A stretch of DNA of 64,000 nucleotides from Candidatus Daviesbacteria bacterium GW2011_GWA1_41_61 (GTDB taxonomy: Bacteria; Patescibacteriota; Microgenomatia; Daviesbacterales; UBA10151). Under the pieces are notes generated by a model that was given only the letters and a program-made list of their open reading frames with translations, was not told where the DNA came from and ran no database searches. The translations under genes were made by a program, and so were the position numbers. Each line of letters begins with the position of its first letter. Positions within the stretch are counted from its first letter, which is position 1. Where the stretch lies: positions 192,892 through 256,891 of the forward strand of contig LCBT01000003.1 of the NCBI GenBank assembly GCA_000997385.1, in the 5' to 3' direction. Shown here one piece after another: positions 38,177-47,543 of the stretch.

Positions 38177-39241
38177 ATGAAAATTTTGATACTGCTTATT
38201 GTAATCGTCGTTTTGGGAATAGTTGGATGGTTTGCATATGGATCTGTCTCAACTAAACCGACTACACAGATTACCGCAAAACCAAAAGTAATCGGCACAA
38301 TATATTTCCGCCCGCAACATACTGATGCTCTTGAAGGTTTCAAAGAGGGAATGAGAAAATTGGGATATACTAATAAAGATATTACATATGACGATGTAGT
38401 TATCTTAGCAGGACCAAAGATGGAAGAAGATGTAAATAAAGCTGTACAAAAATTAATAGCAGATAAAGTAGATATTCTTTTCGTTAGCTTCGAAAGTAGT
38501 GCTAAAGTTGCGCTTGACGTTACTAAAAAATCCGGTAGTGATTTACCAATCGTATTTACCACTAGATTCCATGATCCGCTTAACTACGGATTAATCGAAT
38601 CTTATAAATCTTCGGGCAATAACGCTACAGGGGTAGCTACAAATTTAACACAGTCAATCCAAAAAACTTTGTTATTCTTCAAAGAAATAAATCCTAAAGC
38701 TAAAAGAATAGCTGCCTTCACTGATGGATTTATGATTCCTGGAATTAGTGATGCAATTCTCAAAGAACTTAAAGATCAAGCACCAAGATTTGGGCTTTCT
38801 ATTGTAGAGTACAAAACCCAGAAACCACCAAGTCTAGCAAAAGAAAACTGGGTCGAAGTGGCTGATAAAATTAAACTTGGCGATATTGACGGTCTTATTC
38901 ATCTTCCAGGTCATTTTTATGATTCAGATGACCACGGCGAAGGCAAATCGCAGGAAGCTGACGAAACACTACTTGCAAACCGTTTACACATACCCTTCGT
39001 AGTGCCATCAGAGGATTTGTCTTCCGGTGGAAGCTTTGCTTTCTCTGATGACTTTCATGCATCTGCAGGTCAGGCGGCAGTCATGGTACAAAAGATCTTA
39101 AATGGAATTAAACCAAAGGATATTCCTATCGAATACGGTTCAAAAAGTCTCCTCATTCTCAATTTGAACAGAGCTAGAGAGGCAGGGATTCAATTTCCAG
39201 AATCTATGCTATCTATAGCAAATATAAAAATTGATAAATAA
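38177..39241 (+). CDS. ABC-type periplasmic substrate-binding-like protein (PF04392-like), membrane anchored, adjacent to a sensor kinase
   Basis: N-terminal TM helix. PBP type I fold with stretches typical of the ABC_sub_bind family (IGTIYFRP, DILFVSFESSAKVA, RIAAFTDG). No permease or ATPase genes nearby. Confidence 0.65.
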   Translation: MKILILLIVIVVLGIVGWFAYGSVSTKPTTQITAKPKVIGTIYFRPQHTDALEGFKEGMRKLGYTNKDITYDDVVILAGPKMEEDVNKAVQKLIADKVDILFVSFESSAKVALDVTKKSGSDLPIVFTTRFHDPLNYGLIESYKSSGNNATGVATNLTQSIQKTLLFFKEINPKAKRIAAFTDGFMIPGISDAILKELKDQAPRFGLSIVEYKTQKPPSLAKENWVEVADKIKLGDIDGLIHLPGHFYDSDDHGEGKSQEADETLLANRLHIPFVVPSEDLSSGGSFAFSDDFHASAGQAAVMVQKILNGIKPKDIPIEYGSKSLLILNLNRAREAGIQFPESMLSIANIKIDK

Positions 39242-39419
39242 ATTAATTTATCATAGAGATTCTTAAATTCATCAAAGGAACATTAGGCTTTTTAGTAACG
39301 CTCTCCTATTTAGAGTTGTAATCAGGAATAATATAAAAAAGTTTACTAGAAAGAATCCCTAACAGATCCGTAATTTTTTACTTGTAAAGAAATTATCGAT
39401 AAACTAAGATTAATATATT

Positions 39420-41627
39420 ATGCCCAGATTAAGGTTGCGCTTCAAATTCATCCTTTTACTCCTTAGTCTTGCAGTTATACCTCTATTGTTAGTTTCAATT
39501 CTTAACATATACAACCTTCAAAAAGCGGAAAAGAATAACAGTTTAAACTTAGAAAATAAAGTTGCCCAGCTTGTTACCGAACAAGTCAAATCATTTATCT
39601 CTATGCAACTTTCTGTACTGAAAGGAATCGATACTACTTTTTCGCACTTGCTTACTAAACAATTAAAAGATGAGTTCATGGATATATTTTTGTTTAAAAA
39701 TCCCAACTTTGTCGATATTGCAATACTTGATAAAACCGGTAATGAAATTATCCACAAAAACGCTATTAAGATCTTTGACGAAAAAGATTTAACAAATCGG
39801 AAAAATTCACCCGAGTTTGCCCAGATTGAAAAATCCCGTTATTTTATCGGATCTCTTTATTTTGAAAACGGAATACCTTATATGCAAATCGGACGACAAC
39901 TCCTTGATCACGATGGGCAGTTTAGCGGAGCAATTATTGGAGTAATCGACGTTCGTATATTTCAAGACGTAGTCAAAGAAATTGCTTCTTCTAATAATAG
40001 TCAAGTATATATCGTTGACCAAAATGGCGTTGTAGTTGCTCATTCCGATATCTCGGTAGTTTTAGCTCAAAAGAATTATTCAAAAATTCCTGCTATTGAT
40101 AAGATTATTAATCATAATGAAGAAATAAATAGTTTGGATTTATATACCAATGACCAAAACCAGCAGGTTATTGGTTTAGCTTTTCCGATTAAATTAAATA
40201 TAGATTTGGTGTCTAATGAGATTTTAGATACCCGTCTAATAGCAGTCAGCGAACAATTAGGCTCAGTTGCTTTATATCCAGTGGAACAAATAACCAGATT
40301 TAGTTCCGTAGCCTTAATTTTAGTCATATTAAGTTCAATATTTATGACTTTGATCTACAGCAATATTATTATTTCACCGATTGAAAAAGTTCATATGGCT
40401 GCCAAAAAACTAGGGCTAGGTGATTTTGAAGCCCGAGTTAGTATTAATACCAAAGATGAAATTGAAGATCTGGCTAACAGTTTCAACCAAATGGCTGGAA
40501 GTCTAAAAAAATCTATTTTTAACCTGGAACAAGACCGCCAATTAATCGCCGCTGAACGGAATAAACTGCAAGTAGTTTTATCAGGTATCAGCGATGCTGT
40601 TATTGCAGTGGATTTACAATGGCAAATTATTTTGGTAAATAAAGCAGCACTTACTTTAACCGGTTTGGCTGCAAAACAATTATTAGGCAATAAACTCACA
40701 ACAGTAGTTAAAGTCGAAGATAGCGAGAACCAAATTATTCCGATTACCAGCTATTGTCCAATTAGAACCGATAATTTTGAAGGGGTAACCTTTAACCAAG
40801 ATAAATTGAAGGTTATAACTGCCAAAAGAGAGTTCGTTGCTAATTTAATTGCTTCGCAAATTAAAGAAGGTCCCAAGGTAAATATGGGAGGAATTTTAAC
40901 TTTCCATGATGTTAGCGAACAGTCGCAATTAGAAGAGATGAAACTTGATTTCGTTTCTATGGCAGCCCATGAACTCCGGACACCGCTAACCTCCATCAAA
41001 GGTTATTTGCACATCTTCCTCCGAGACTATGCAAAATCTATGGATCCAGAGCAAACTTCTATTTTATCCAGAATTGGTATCTCTACCCAAAAACTGGTTT
41101 CTTTGGTCGAAAACTTATTGAATGTTTCAAGAATAGAAAAAGGGGATCTTACTTTAAGTCTGCTCCCGCTTGATTGGGTTAAAAATATTTATGAGGTAGT
41201 TGCAGAAATAATTAATCAGGCAAACGATAAAAAAATCACACTTGAGTTTATTAAACCTCAACAATCCTCTATAAATGTAATAGCAGACAAATTCCGTATT
41301 AATGAAGTATTAACAAATCTTTTAGCAAACGCCATCACTTATACCTCGCCCGGGGGCAAAATTACTGTATGGCTGGAAAGAAAAGGCAATGAAGTCATCA
41401 CCCATATCCAAGATACAGGAGAAGGTATTCCCAAAGATGCACTTCCTCACCTATTTACTAAGTTTTTCAGGGTTTCAGGAACCTTGGAACAAGGTTCAAA
41501 AGGAACAGGATTGGGTTTGTATATTGCAAAATCTGTTGTGCAGTTACATAAAGGCAAAATTTGGGTAAACTCGGAACTTGGAAAAGGCTCTACTTTTAGT
41601 TTCAGCCTTCATTGTACAAATTCTTAA
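39420..41627 (+). CDS. Sensor histidine kinase (TM - Cache-like periplasmic domain - TM - HAMP - PAS - HisKA - HATPase_c)
   Basis: HAMP around LGLGDFEARVSINTKDEIEDLANSFNQMA. H-box MAAHELRTPLTSIKGY. G-boxes QDTGEGIP and GTGLGLYIAKS. Confidence 0.85.
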   Translation: MPRLRLRFKFILLLLSLAVIPLLLVSILNIYNLQKAEKNNSLNLENKVAQLVTEQVKSFISMQLSVLKGIDTTFSHLLTKQLKDEFMDIFLFKNPNFVDIAILDKTGNEIIHKNAIKIFDEKDLTNRKNSPEFAQIEKSRYFIGSLYFENGIPYMQIGRQLLDHDGQFSGAIIGVIDVRIFQDVVKEIASSNNSQVYIVDQNGVVVAHSDISVVLAQKNYSKIPAIDKIINHNEEINSLDLYTNDQNQQVIGLAFPIKLNIDLVSNEILDTRLIAVSEQLGSVALYPVEQITRFSSVALILVILSSIFMTLIYSNIIISPIEKVHMAAKKLGLGDFEARVSINTKDEIEDLANSFNQMAGSLKKSIFNLEQDRQLIAAERNKLQVVLSGISDAVIAVDLQWQIILVNKAALTLTGLAAKQLLGNKLTTVVKVEDSENQIIPITSYCPIRTDNFEGVTFNQDKLKVITAKREFVANLIASQIKEGPKVNMGGILTFHDVSEQSQLEEMKLDFVSMAAHELRTPLTSIKGYLHIFLRDYAKSMDPEQTSILSRIGISTQKLVSLVENLLNVSRIEKGDLTLSLLPLDWVKNIYEVVAEIINQANDKKITLEFIKPQQSSINVIADKFRINEVLTNLLANAITYTSPGGKITVWLERKGNEVITHIQDTGEGIPKDALPHLFTKFFRVSGTLEQGSKGTGLGLYIAKSVVQLHKGKIWVNSELGKGSTFSFSLHCTNS

Positions 41628-41631
41628 ACTA

Positions 41632-42036
41632 ATGAAAAAAATTCTTTTAATTGAGGATGAATTTTATATACTCGACCTATACAGGATAATCCTGGAAAAA
41701 GCGGGTTTTGAGGTCCTTTTGGCAGAAGACGGAGAAAAAGGTTACAACTTAGCACAAAACTTACCTAATTTGATTCTTTTGGATATAATGCTTCCAAAAA
41801 TGAATGGAATAATACTTTTAAAAAAGCTTAAAGAAGAAGATCTAACAAAAAATATTCCTGTAGTGCTTCTCAGTAACTTAGGACAGGAAGAGGTTATCAA
41901 GACCGCTTTTGACAGCGGGGCATCAGGGTACTTCTTAAAAGTAAGACTTAGCCCAGACGAGCTTGTTAAAAAAGTTAACATCTTTATAGAAAATCCAAAT
42001 TTTAAAATGGACCATAAGACTCTGGTATTTGACTGA
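41632..42036 (+). CDS. Single-domain response regulator (CheY-like receiver), start MKKILLIEDE
   Basis: LLIEDE...LLDIMLPKMNG...SGASGYFLK receiver signature. No output domain. Confidence 0.8.
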   Translation: MKKILLIEDEFYILDLYRIILEKAGFEVLLAEDGEKGYNLAQNLPNLILLDIMLPKMNGIILLKKLKEEDLTKNIPVVLLSNLGQEEVIKTAFDSGASGYFLKVRLSPDELVKKVNIFIENPNFKMDHKTLVFD

Positions 42037-42062
42037 TTAAATATCTATAATAGTTTATAGAC

Positions 42063-42455
42063 ATGGAAAAGAAAATTTTACTAATAGAAGATGACTTATT
42101 CATTCGGGAGATGTATGAGTCTGAACTCAAAAGAGCAGGCTACAAGATTACGGCATGTTCTTTGGGTGAAGATGGAATCAAAGCATTACAAAAGGATCGT
42201 TTTGATTTGGTTCTTTTAGACATTATGCTCCCTGGTGTAAATGGTTTAGATATTTTAAAACAAATTAAACAAAATCCTCAAACTAAAGATATAAAAGTTG
42301 TACTTTTAACAAATTTAGGACAAGAAACAGTTATGAAAACAGGGTTTGACCTTGGGGCAGCCGGATATCTAATTAAATCTTCTTACAGCCCTGATCAGGT
42401 CATTTCGGAAATTGCTAACTTTTTAAAAGATCCCACCTCTTATTTAGAAAGTTAA
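42063..42455 (+). CDS. Single-domain response regulator (CheY-like receiver)
   Basis: MEKKILLIEDD...DLVLLDIMLPGVNGLD...GAAGYLIK. Confidence 0.85.
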   Translation: MEKKILLIEDDLFIREMYESELKRAGYKITACSLGEDGIKALQKDRFDLVLLDIMLPGVNGLDILKQIKQNPQTKDIKVVLLTNLGQETVMKTGFDLGAAGYLIKSSYSPDQVISEIANFLKDPTSYLES

Positions 42456-42487
42456 CTCCAAGTATACATATCTAGGAAAAATCTATC

Positions 42488-43246
42488 TTAATCCTTCTCC
42501 TTATCATCATCTGAATCACTACTGCTTGAGCCACTCCCACTATTACTACCAGAGTTCAAGCCAGAGCTACTACTGCCTGAATTGCTATTTGAAAAACTAT
42601 CATCATTATCTTCATCTTTCTCATCATCTTTTTCCTCTTCCTCTTCTTCATTCTCATCATCAGAGTTATTAAGCTGCCCGTCATCTTCCAAATCATCGAG
42701 GTCGTCACTGACTAACTCTGCTGATTCAGTTACTTCTTTTTCAAAGAGTTTGATTTTTGCTTTTATTTGACCATCTTCAATTTTTATTTCAACTTTGCGG
42801 ATTAATCCTTGATGAGTAGCAAGAAGAGTTTGTAACTCAGTAAGAAGTGCCTGAAGGTCAGTAGATTGCAGTTTAATTTTATTTTCCTTGAATTTTACTT
42901 CAACATTTCTTACAGCAACAGTTGCGTTACTAAGTGCTTGTTGCACTTCGGGCACAGCAGGATCGACTGGGTTATTGGTACTTGCAAGTGTTTGGAGTTC
43001 GTCAAGTCGTTCGCCAGCAATCTCTAAACGAATTTTTGCTTTTGCTTCATCTCCAGGTGTAAAAGTAACTCGCATTTCTTCAACTGTCTTATCAAGCCCA
43101 AATAGCGTATCACCCGGATTACTATTATTAGAAGCGGCGACAGCCCCAACGCCTGTAATTCCTACAGCAGCCATAATGAGAAGAAGAATAGCAGGTACAA
43201 AACCTCGTTGGTTGGACAGTAAATTTTTCATATCAATAAATCTCAA
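42488..43246 (-). CDS. Membrane-anchored hypothetical protein with an extreme acidic/Ser-rich C-terminal tail
   Basis: N-terminal TM helix. C-terminus DENEEEEEEKDDEKDEDNDDSFSNSNSGSSSSGLNSGSNSGSGSSSSDSDDDKEKD. Confidence 0.55.
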   Translation of the reverse strand: MRFIDMKNLLSNQRGFVPAILLLIMAAVGITGVGAVAASNNSNPGDTLFGLDKTVEEMRVTFTPGDEAKAKIRLEIAGERLDELQTLASTNNPVDPAVPEVQQALSNATVAVRNVEVKFKENKIKLQSTDLQALLTELQTLLATHQGLIRKVEIKIEDGQIKAKIKLFEKEVTESAELVSDDLDDLEDDGQLNNSDDENEEEEEEKDDEKDEDNDDSFSNSNSGSSSSGLNSGSNSGSGSSSSDSDDDKEKD

Positions 43247-43301
43247 TATACCATACCAGAATTTGTTATTATATTCAACATTTCTGCTATACTATTAAAT
43301 T

Positions 43302-43814
43302 ATGGACAATAACATCACCCAGCAAAACTCATTAACTGCTGATTATCATAGTGATGGTAAAATATATAAATTCAGGTATTATGAGCTGGCCAATTATGAC
43401 CACCTAGACCGTGCCAGAATAAGACAAGTTTATGGTGTATGTTTTTATCAAGACAAAATGGTAATTGTATTAAATGGCAAGAAACAAACTTGGGGATTAG
43501 CGGGCGGTACGCTTAGAATAGGTGAGAGTATTGAAGAAACTCTAAAAAGAGAGGTTGAGGAAGAATCTAATATGCAGGTTTTAAAATGGCGACCCATTGG
43601 GGTACAAGAGGTGACGGACCCTAACGGTAATCTCTACTACCAACTTAGAGTAGTTTGTAAAGTTAAACCTGTTGGGGAGTTCCTATCAGATCCAGCAGGC
43701 ACTATTACTGAAATAAAACTCATTAACCCTATAGATTACATCACCTACTTTAATTGGGGAGAAATTGGAGAAAAGATAATCCAAAGAGCAGTTCAACTTA
43801 GACCCAAATTGTAA
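43302..43814 (+). CDS. NUDIX hydrolase
   Basis: Nudix box GGTLRIGESIEETLKREVEEESNM (GX5EX7REUXEEXGU). Confidence 0.75.
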   Translation: MDNNITQQNSLTADYHSDGKIYKFRYYELANYDHLDRARIRQVYGVCFYQDKMVIVLNGKKQTWGLAGGTLRIGESIEETLKREVEEESNMQVLKWRPIGVQEVTDPNGNLYYQLRVVCKVKPVGEFLSDPAGTITEIKLINPIDYITYFNWGEIGEKIIQRAVQLRPKL

Positions 43815-44084
43815 TTAAACGTTCTGAAGTTATCCGTAATTCCTACCACCAAAAATCTCTCCCAGAGCCCAGATTACTCCAGGTGGTACAGTGTCTAAGG
43901 CAATATCAAAAAAAGGTTTTCCATTGAAAAAGTCACTTGTAGCTTGCTCTCTAACCACACAGCTAAAAGGAGTGCTGTCAGCATCAATTCTAAATTGTAT
44001 AGAGGATATTTGTATTGTCAAGAATTAAAACCAAAGCCAATTTTCCGGGTTAACTGACAGGGGGAAAAGTGATAAAATTAGCCT

Positions 44085-44633
44085 ATGCCCCTACTGCTCG
44101 GCAATCTATCCTGGATGTCTTTAAATATATTTTTAGCCCTGATGGGGCTTTTCTTTAGCTTTTTTTTAAACACTAAAAATTCCTTATTTAAAGCTATTCT
44201 TTTTATTTTATGGTTCCTTTTTATCCCCAATACCATCTATCTCTTAACTGACATCCAGTATTTCCCGGAACAATTTTTTAGGTTGGAGTTTATCAGTCAA
44301 ATAATGCTGATTATTCAGTATGCCCTTCTTCTCTCGGTGGGAATTATTACTTATTATCTGGGTTTTTATAATTTTGAAAAGTTTATTAAAAAATCCGGCC
44401 TCAAATTTTTGGCCTTCTTTACTTTAATTATTTTTAATTATTTAATAGCCTTTGGAGTAGTTTTGGGGAAACTGGAAAGGATCCATTCCTGGTTTGTTTT
44501 TACCAGCCCTCAAAAAGTCATAGCCAGCAGCCTAAGTTTATTAAATTTTGAAACACTCTTTCTAGTTTTATTTTTTGGCTCAGCCTTTAATGTCCTTTAT
44601 TTTCTGCTGAAGAGAAGATTTAATGTTAGGTAA
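44085..44633 (+). CDS. Integral membrane protein, hypothetical (DUF1361-like)
   Basis: 182 aa, 5-6 TM helices, Phe/Leu-rich. Confidence 0.55.
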   Translation: MPLLLGNLSWMSLNIFLALMGLFFSFFLNTKNSLFKAILFILWFLFIPNTIYLLTDIQYFPEQFFRLEFISQIMLIIQYALLLSVGIITYYLGFYNFEKFIKKSGLKFLAFFTLIIFNYLIAFGVVLGKLERIHSWFVFTSPQKVIASSLSLLNFETLFLVLFFGSAFNVLYFLLKRRFNVR

Positions 44634-44634
44634 G

Positions 44635-44910
44635 TTATCTTAATGAATCAATGATTTCTTCCAGGGGTTTGAAATCATCACTTTGGATTTGGGGGTTTAT
44701 TAACTCTAACTCCTTTTTTAAATCTGTAGAGCTGTCAAAATTAAACTGTAAAGGGGTGGGAGTAGGAGTTGGGGTAACTTTAGCCTGAGTTGGGGTATTA
44801 CTTTTGGGGTTGACTGATTTTTGGGGACTATCTTTTAAAATAGTGACAGAACTTAGATAACCAATCGTTGCCAGTCCTATTAAGATAAAAAGGAGTAATT
44901 TAATTTTCAT
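44635..44910 (-). CDS. Small secreted protein (91 aa), PT-rich linker
   Basis: Signal peptide MKIKLLLFILIGLATIGYLSS, then TPTPTPTP. Confidence 0.4.
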   Translation of the reverse strand: MKIKLLLFILIGLATIGYLSSVTILKDSPQKSVNPKSNTPTQAKVTPTPTPTPLQFNFDSSTDLKKELELINPQIQSDDFKPLEEIIDSLR

Positions 44911-45433
44911 AGTAATCTACAGCCTTTTTAACTTCCAGTTTAGCCCTTAAAATTTTTCCTTTAACAGTTTTTAAATTGCCATTCAAATTATTTAAACTTA
45001 ATTTTAAAGCCCTGTCTAAACTGCCCTGTCCTATTTGAGGAGTATAATCCTGTATTTTTTGATAAGCTATAGCTTCAGCAGCATAGTTGAGATAATAAGC
45101 AGCAGAGTCCAAGGTGGTGTTACCCTGCCCGTAAGCTACAATAGTATCTGTTCTCCCCTGCCTTTCTTTTTCTTCCTCTAAGATAGCAGATAATCTATTG
45201 ATATCTTTATCAAACCTTAAAGACACCTGCTGGTTGATTTCATTTAACAACTGATCAGCTTTGATAACCTGCTCCCTTTTAAAAGGATCAGGGATTTTAG
45301 ATAAGTTACTTTCAAAAGCAGCTCTCTTGGCCTGGTAAAGATCATTAGGTGTTACCCTGGCTAAAATTTGGGTTGGAACTAAAAAAGTTAAAAAGATTAA
45401 TAAAAAAAATAACTTAAGGTTTTTTCTTATCAT
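44900..45433 (-). CDS. Secreted hypothetical protein (177 aa)
   Basis: Signal peptide. Overlaps the downstream ORF by 11 nt. Confidence 0.5.
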   Translation of the reverse strand: MIRKNLKLFFLLIFLTFLVPTQILARVTPNDLYQAKRAAFESNLSKIPDPFKREQVIKADQLLNEINQQVSLRFDKDINRLSAILEEEKERQGRTDTIVAYGQGNTTLDSAAYYLNYAAEAIAYQKIQDYTPQIGQGSLDRALKLSLNNLNGNLKTVKGKILRAKLEVKKAVDYYEN

Positions 45434-45503
45434 AAAGTTTCCGCTTTTAACTCAGTAGAACAAATCATTAAACTGTTGTCAAGAATGTAGTATTATATAG
45501 TAG

Positions 45504-46142
45504 ATGATTAGAGGTTTTAGCCAGTTAGTGTTGATACTTTTAGGTGTTTTGTCTTTGGGTTTAATATTTGGGGGCTATTTAATATTTACCTCTCCAAAGT
45601 TAGCCCCCTTTGTAAGCCAGGCCTTTCCTCAACCTGGATTTCCTACTTTACCCCCTTCTCAAGTTTCTGTTGTCTCTCAAGCTGTGACTCCTACTCCTAC
45701 TTCTCAAGTAACAGTGGGAACTCCTTTCACACCAGGAGTTTTTAAAGGAGATCTAAGGTCCTTACCTACTTCTGTCCCACCGAGTATCACTCCTTATACA
45801 GGACAAGCTAATCAAATACAGATACAATTGACTAAAAGCGCCTATAGCCTGGGTGAGAAAATTGAGGTAACGGTAACCAATAACACAGGTAAACAGATCC
45901 CCTATCTTAATGGTCCTGGATGCGGGTTGACTTTTGAGCGTAAAACCAGCACTGGTTATCAGAGTCAGCAGATCAGTTCATCGGAGGGTTCAGCTGCTCC
46001 CTGTGTTACCATTAACCTGGCCGTAGGGGAGAAGAAAATGTTTACTGTCAAAATTGATGCCAATCCCCCAGCTGGCAGTTATAGAGCCAGTTTCCAATAT
46101 ATCTCTGGGACTATTTATTCCTCTGAGTTTACTATCAGTTAG
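45504..46142 (+). CDS. Membrane-anchored hypothetical protein with a Pro/Thr linker and a C-terminal beta-sandwich-like domain
   Basis: ORF plus hydrophobic N-terminus. Confidence 0.5.
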   Translation: MIRGFSQLVLILLGVLSLGLIFGGYLIFTSPKLAPFVSQAFPQPGFPTLPPSQVSVVSQAVTPTPTSQVTVGTPFTPGVFKGDLRSLPTSVPPSITPYTGQANQIQIQLTKSAYSLGEKIEVTVTNNTGKQIPYLNGPGCGLTFERKTSTGYQSQQISSSEGSAAPCVTINLAVGEKKMFTVKIDANPPAGSYRASFQYISGTIYSSEFTIS

Positions 46143-46210
46143 TTTTTACTGGGGTTGTTTGTAAGATAAATGATTGCAGGGGTTAAGGGATTTTGTTAAA
46201 CTAAGTTAAG

Positions 46211-46954
46211 ATGAGAGATTCATTAATCCGCTGGGCTTCAATTTTTGGTCTGTTTTTTGTCTTTCTTTTTCTCTATACCAGGTTAGCCGGGCCGGTTCCT
46301 TTTAATATCACCAGCGTTACCACTACTAAATCTGACACCTTTAATGTTACAGGAGAAGGAACTGCTGTCATTAAACCTGATATTGCGGTAGTTAGTGTGG
46401 GTATCCGGTCTAACGGCTCTACAGTTAAAGAGGCCCAGGATCAAATTAATAGTGTTATAAATAGGGTTTCGGAAGCTATTAAAAAATTGGGAGTTGATCC
46501 CAAAGATATTAAAACTACCAATTATAATATCAGTCCTGAGTATGATTTTAGAGGTGGTACTCAAAGGATTAGCGGTTATAGTGCCAGTACTAATTTACAG
46601 ATTAAGGTTAGGGATATTGATAAGGTTAACTCGGTTATTGATGAGGCCACTGTTAGTGGGGCAAATCAGGTGGGAGGGGTTACTTTTGATGTTGATGATA
46701 AAACCAAGGCAGAAGGTGAGGCTAGGGAACAAGCTGTAGCCGAGGCTAAAAGATCGGCGGAGCAAGCAGCTAAAATTGCCGGGTTTTCTTTAGGCAGATT
46801 AGTTAACTATACTGAAAATTTTGAGGGAGGCCCTATTCCCGTACCGCTTCGGATGGATGTTGCGATAGGGGCTCCGGCAGAGAAAGCTACCCAAATTGAA
46901 CCGGGCTCCTCAGAGATTAAAGTGATAGTTACCTTAAGCTACGAAATCAGGTAG
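46211..46954 (+). CDS. SIMPL/DUF541-domain protein
   Basis: Architecture and motifs (FNVTGEGTAVIKPDIAVVSVGI...GANQVGGVTFDVDD...SEIKVIVTLSYEI) match the SIMPL family. Confidence 0.7.
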   Translation: MRDSLIRWASIFGLFFVFLFLYTRLAGPVPFNITSVTTTKSDTFNVTGEGTAVIKPDIAVVSVGIRSNGSTVKEAQDQINSVINRVSEAIKKLGVDPKDIKTTNYNISPEYDFRGGTQRISGYSASTNLQIKVRDIDKVNSVIDEATVSGANQVGGVTFDVDDKTKAEGEAREQAVAEAKRSAEQAAKIAGFSLGRLVNYTENFEGGPIPVPLRMDVAIGAPAEKATQIEPGSSEIKVIVTLSYEIR

Positions 46955-47495
46955 GTTGGGCAAAAACTAGTAGTCTTTTTAAAGCTGTGCCTAGGGGGGT
47001 GCAGGTTTGAAGGATTAGCTGATCACCTTGATCTTCTTTTAAATATTGAACTTCATCTGGCCAAACCTCTTTTTTATCCACCACCTGATATTTATACTCC
47101 CGGCCCTCTTTATAGAGAAAGATATTATCACCAAGTTGGAGTTCTCCCAGCCTTAAAAAGGCGGTGTTGTATCTGGTCATCCTCCAGGGGACATCAGAAG
47201 AGTGGGCAAACAAAAAGATAGTTCTTCCTTCTCCCGGTAAAGCACTCCCACGAGCTTGAGCTACTCCCTGCTCCAAGGCCTTTCGATAGACAGCTTGACT
47301 GAAAGGATCAACATCTAAAATTATTGGGGCTTGAGCATTGATTTTGGGGATGTTGATGTAAAAGGAATTACTTACAGCCAAACTAACTGCTGGTGAGGAA
47401 GAATGAGGCAGATAGAGCCTTAAAAAGGGATAATAAGTGAAACCTAGAAGCAGTAGTGACAAGATAATCAATAAATTTCCTAAATTTTTCCTCAT
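46947..47495 (-). CDS. Sortase-family transpeptidase
   Basis: N-terminal TM anchor. FAHS His and LILQTCTP (TLxTC catalytic Cys motif). Arg in ALKRLLVF. Confidence 0.75.
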   Translation of the reverse strand: MRKNLGNLLIILSLLLLGFTYYPFLRLYLPHSSSPAVSLAVSNSFYINIPKINAQAPIILDVDPFSQAVYRKALEQGVAQARGSALPGEGRTIFLFAHSSDVPWRMTRYNTAFLRLGELQLGDNIFLYKEGREYKYQVVDKKEVWPDEVQYLKEDQGDQLILQTCTPLGTALKRLLVFAQPT

Positions 47496-47543
47496 AGAAA
47501 TATTTTAATCATCAAAAATCCCCTATTAAGGGGGTTTTAGTTA

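Noticed and set aside
38149-38562. 137-aa minus-strand ORF and plus-strand ORF 37770-38003
   Set aside because: Antisense to the well-supported substrate-binding-protein gene, and to the gene-remnant region, respectively.
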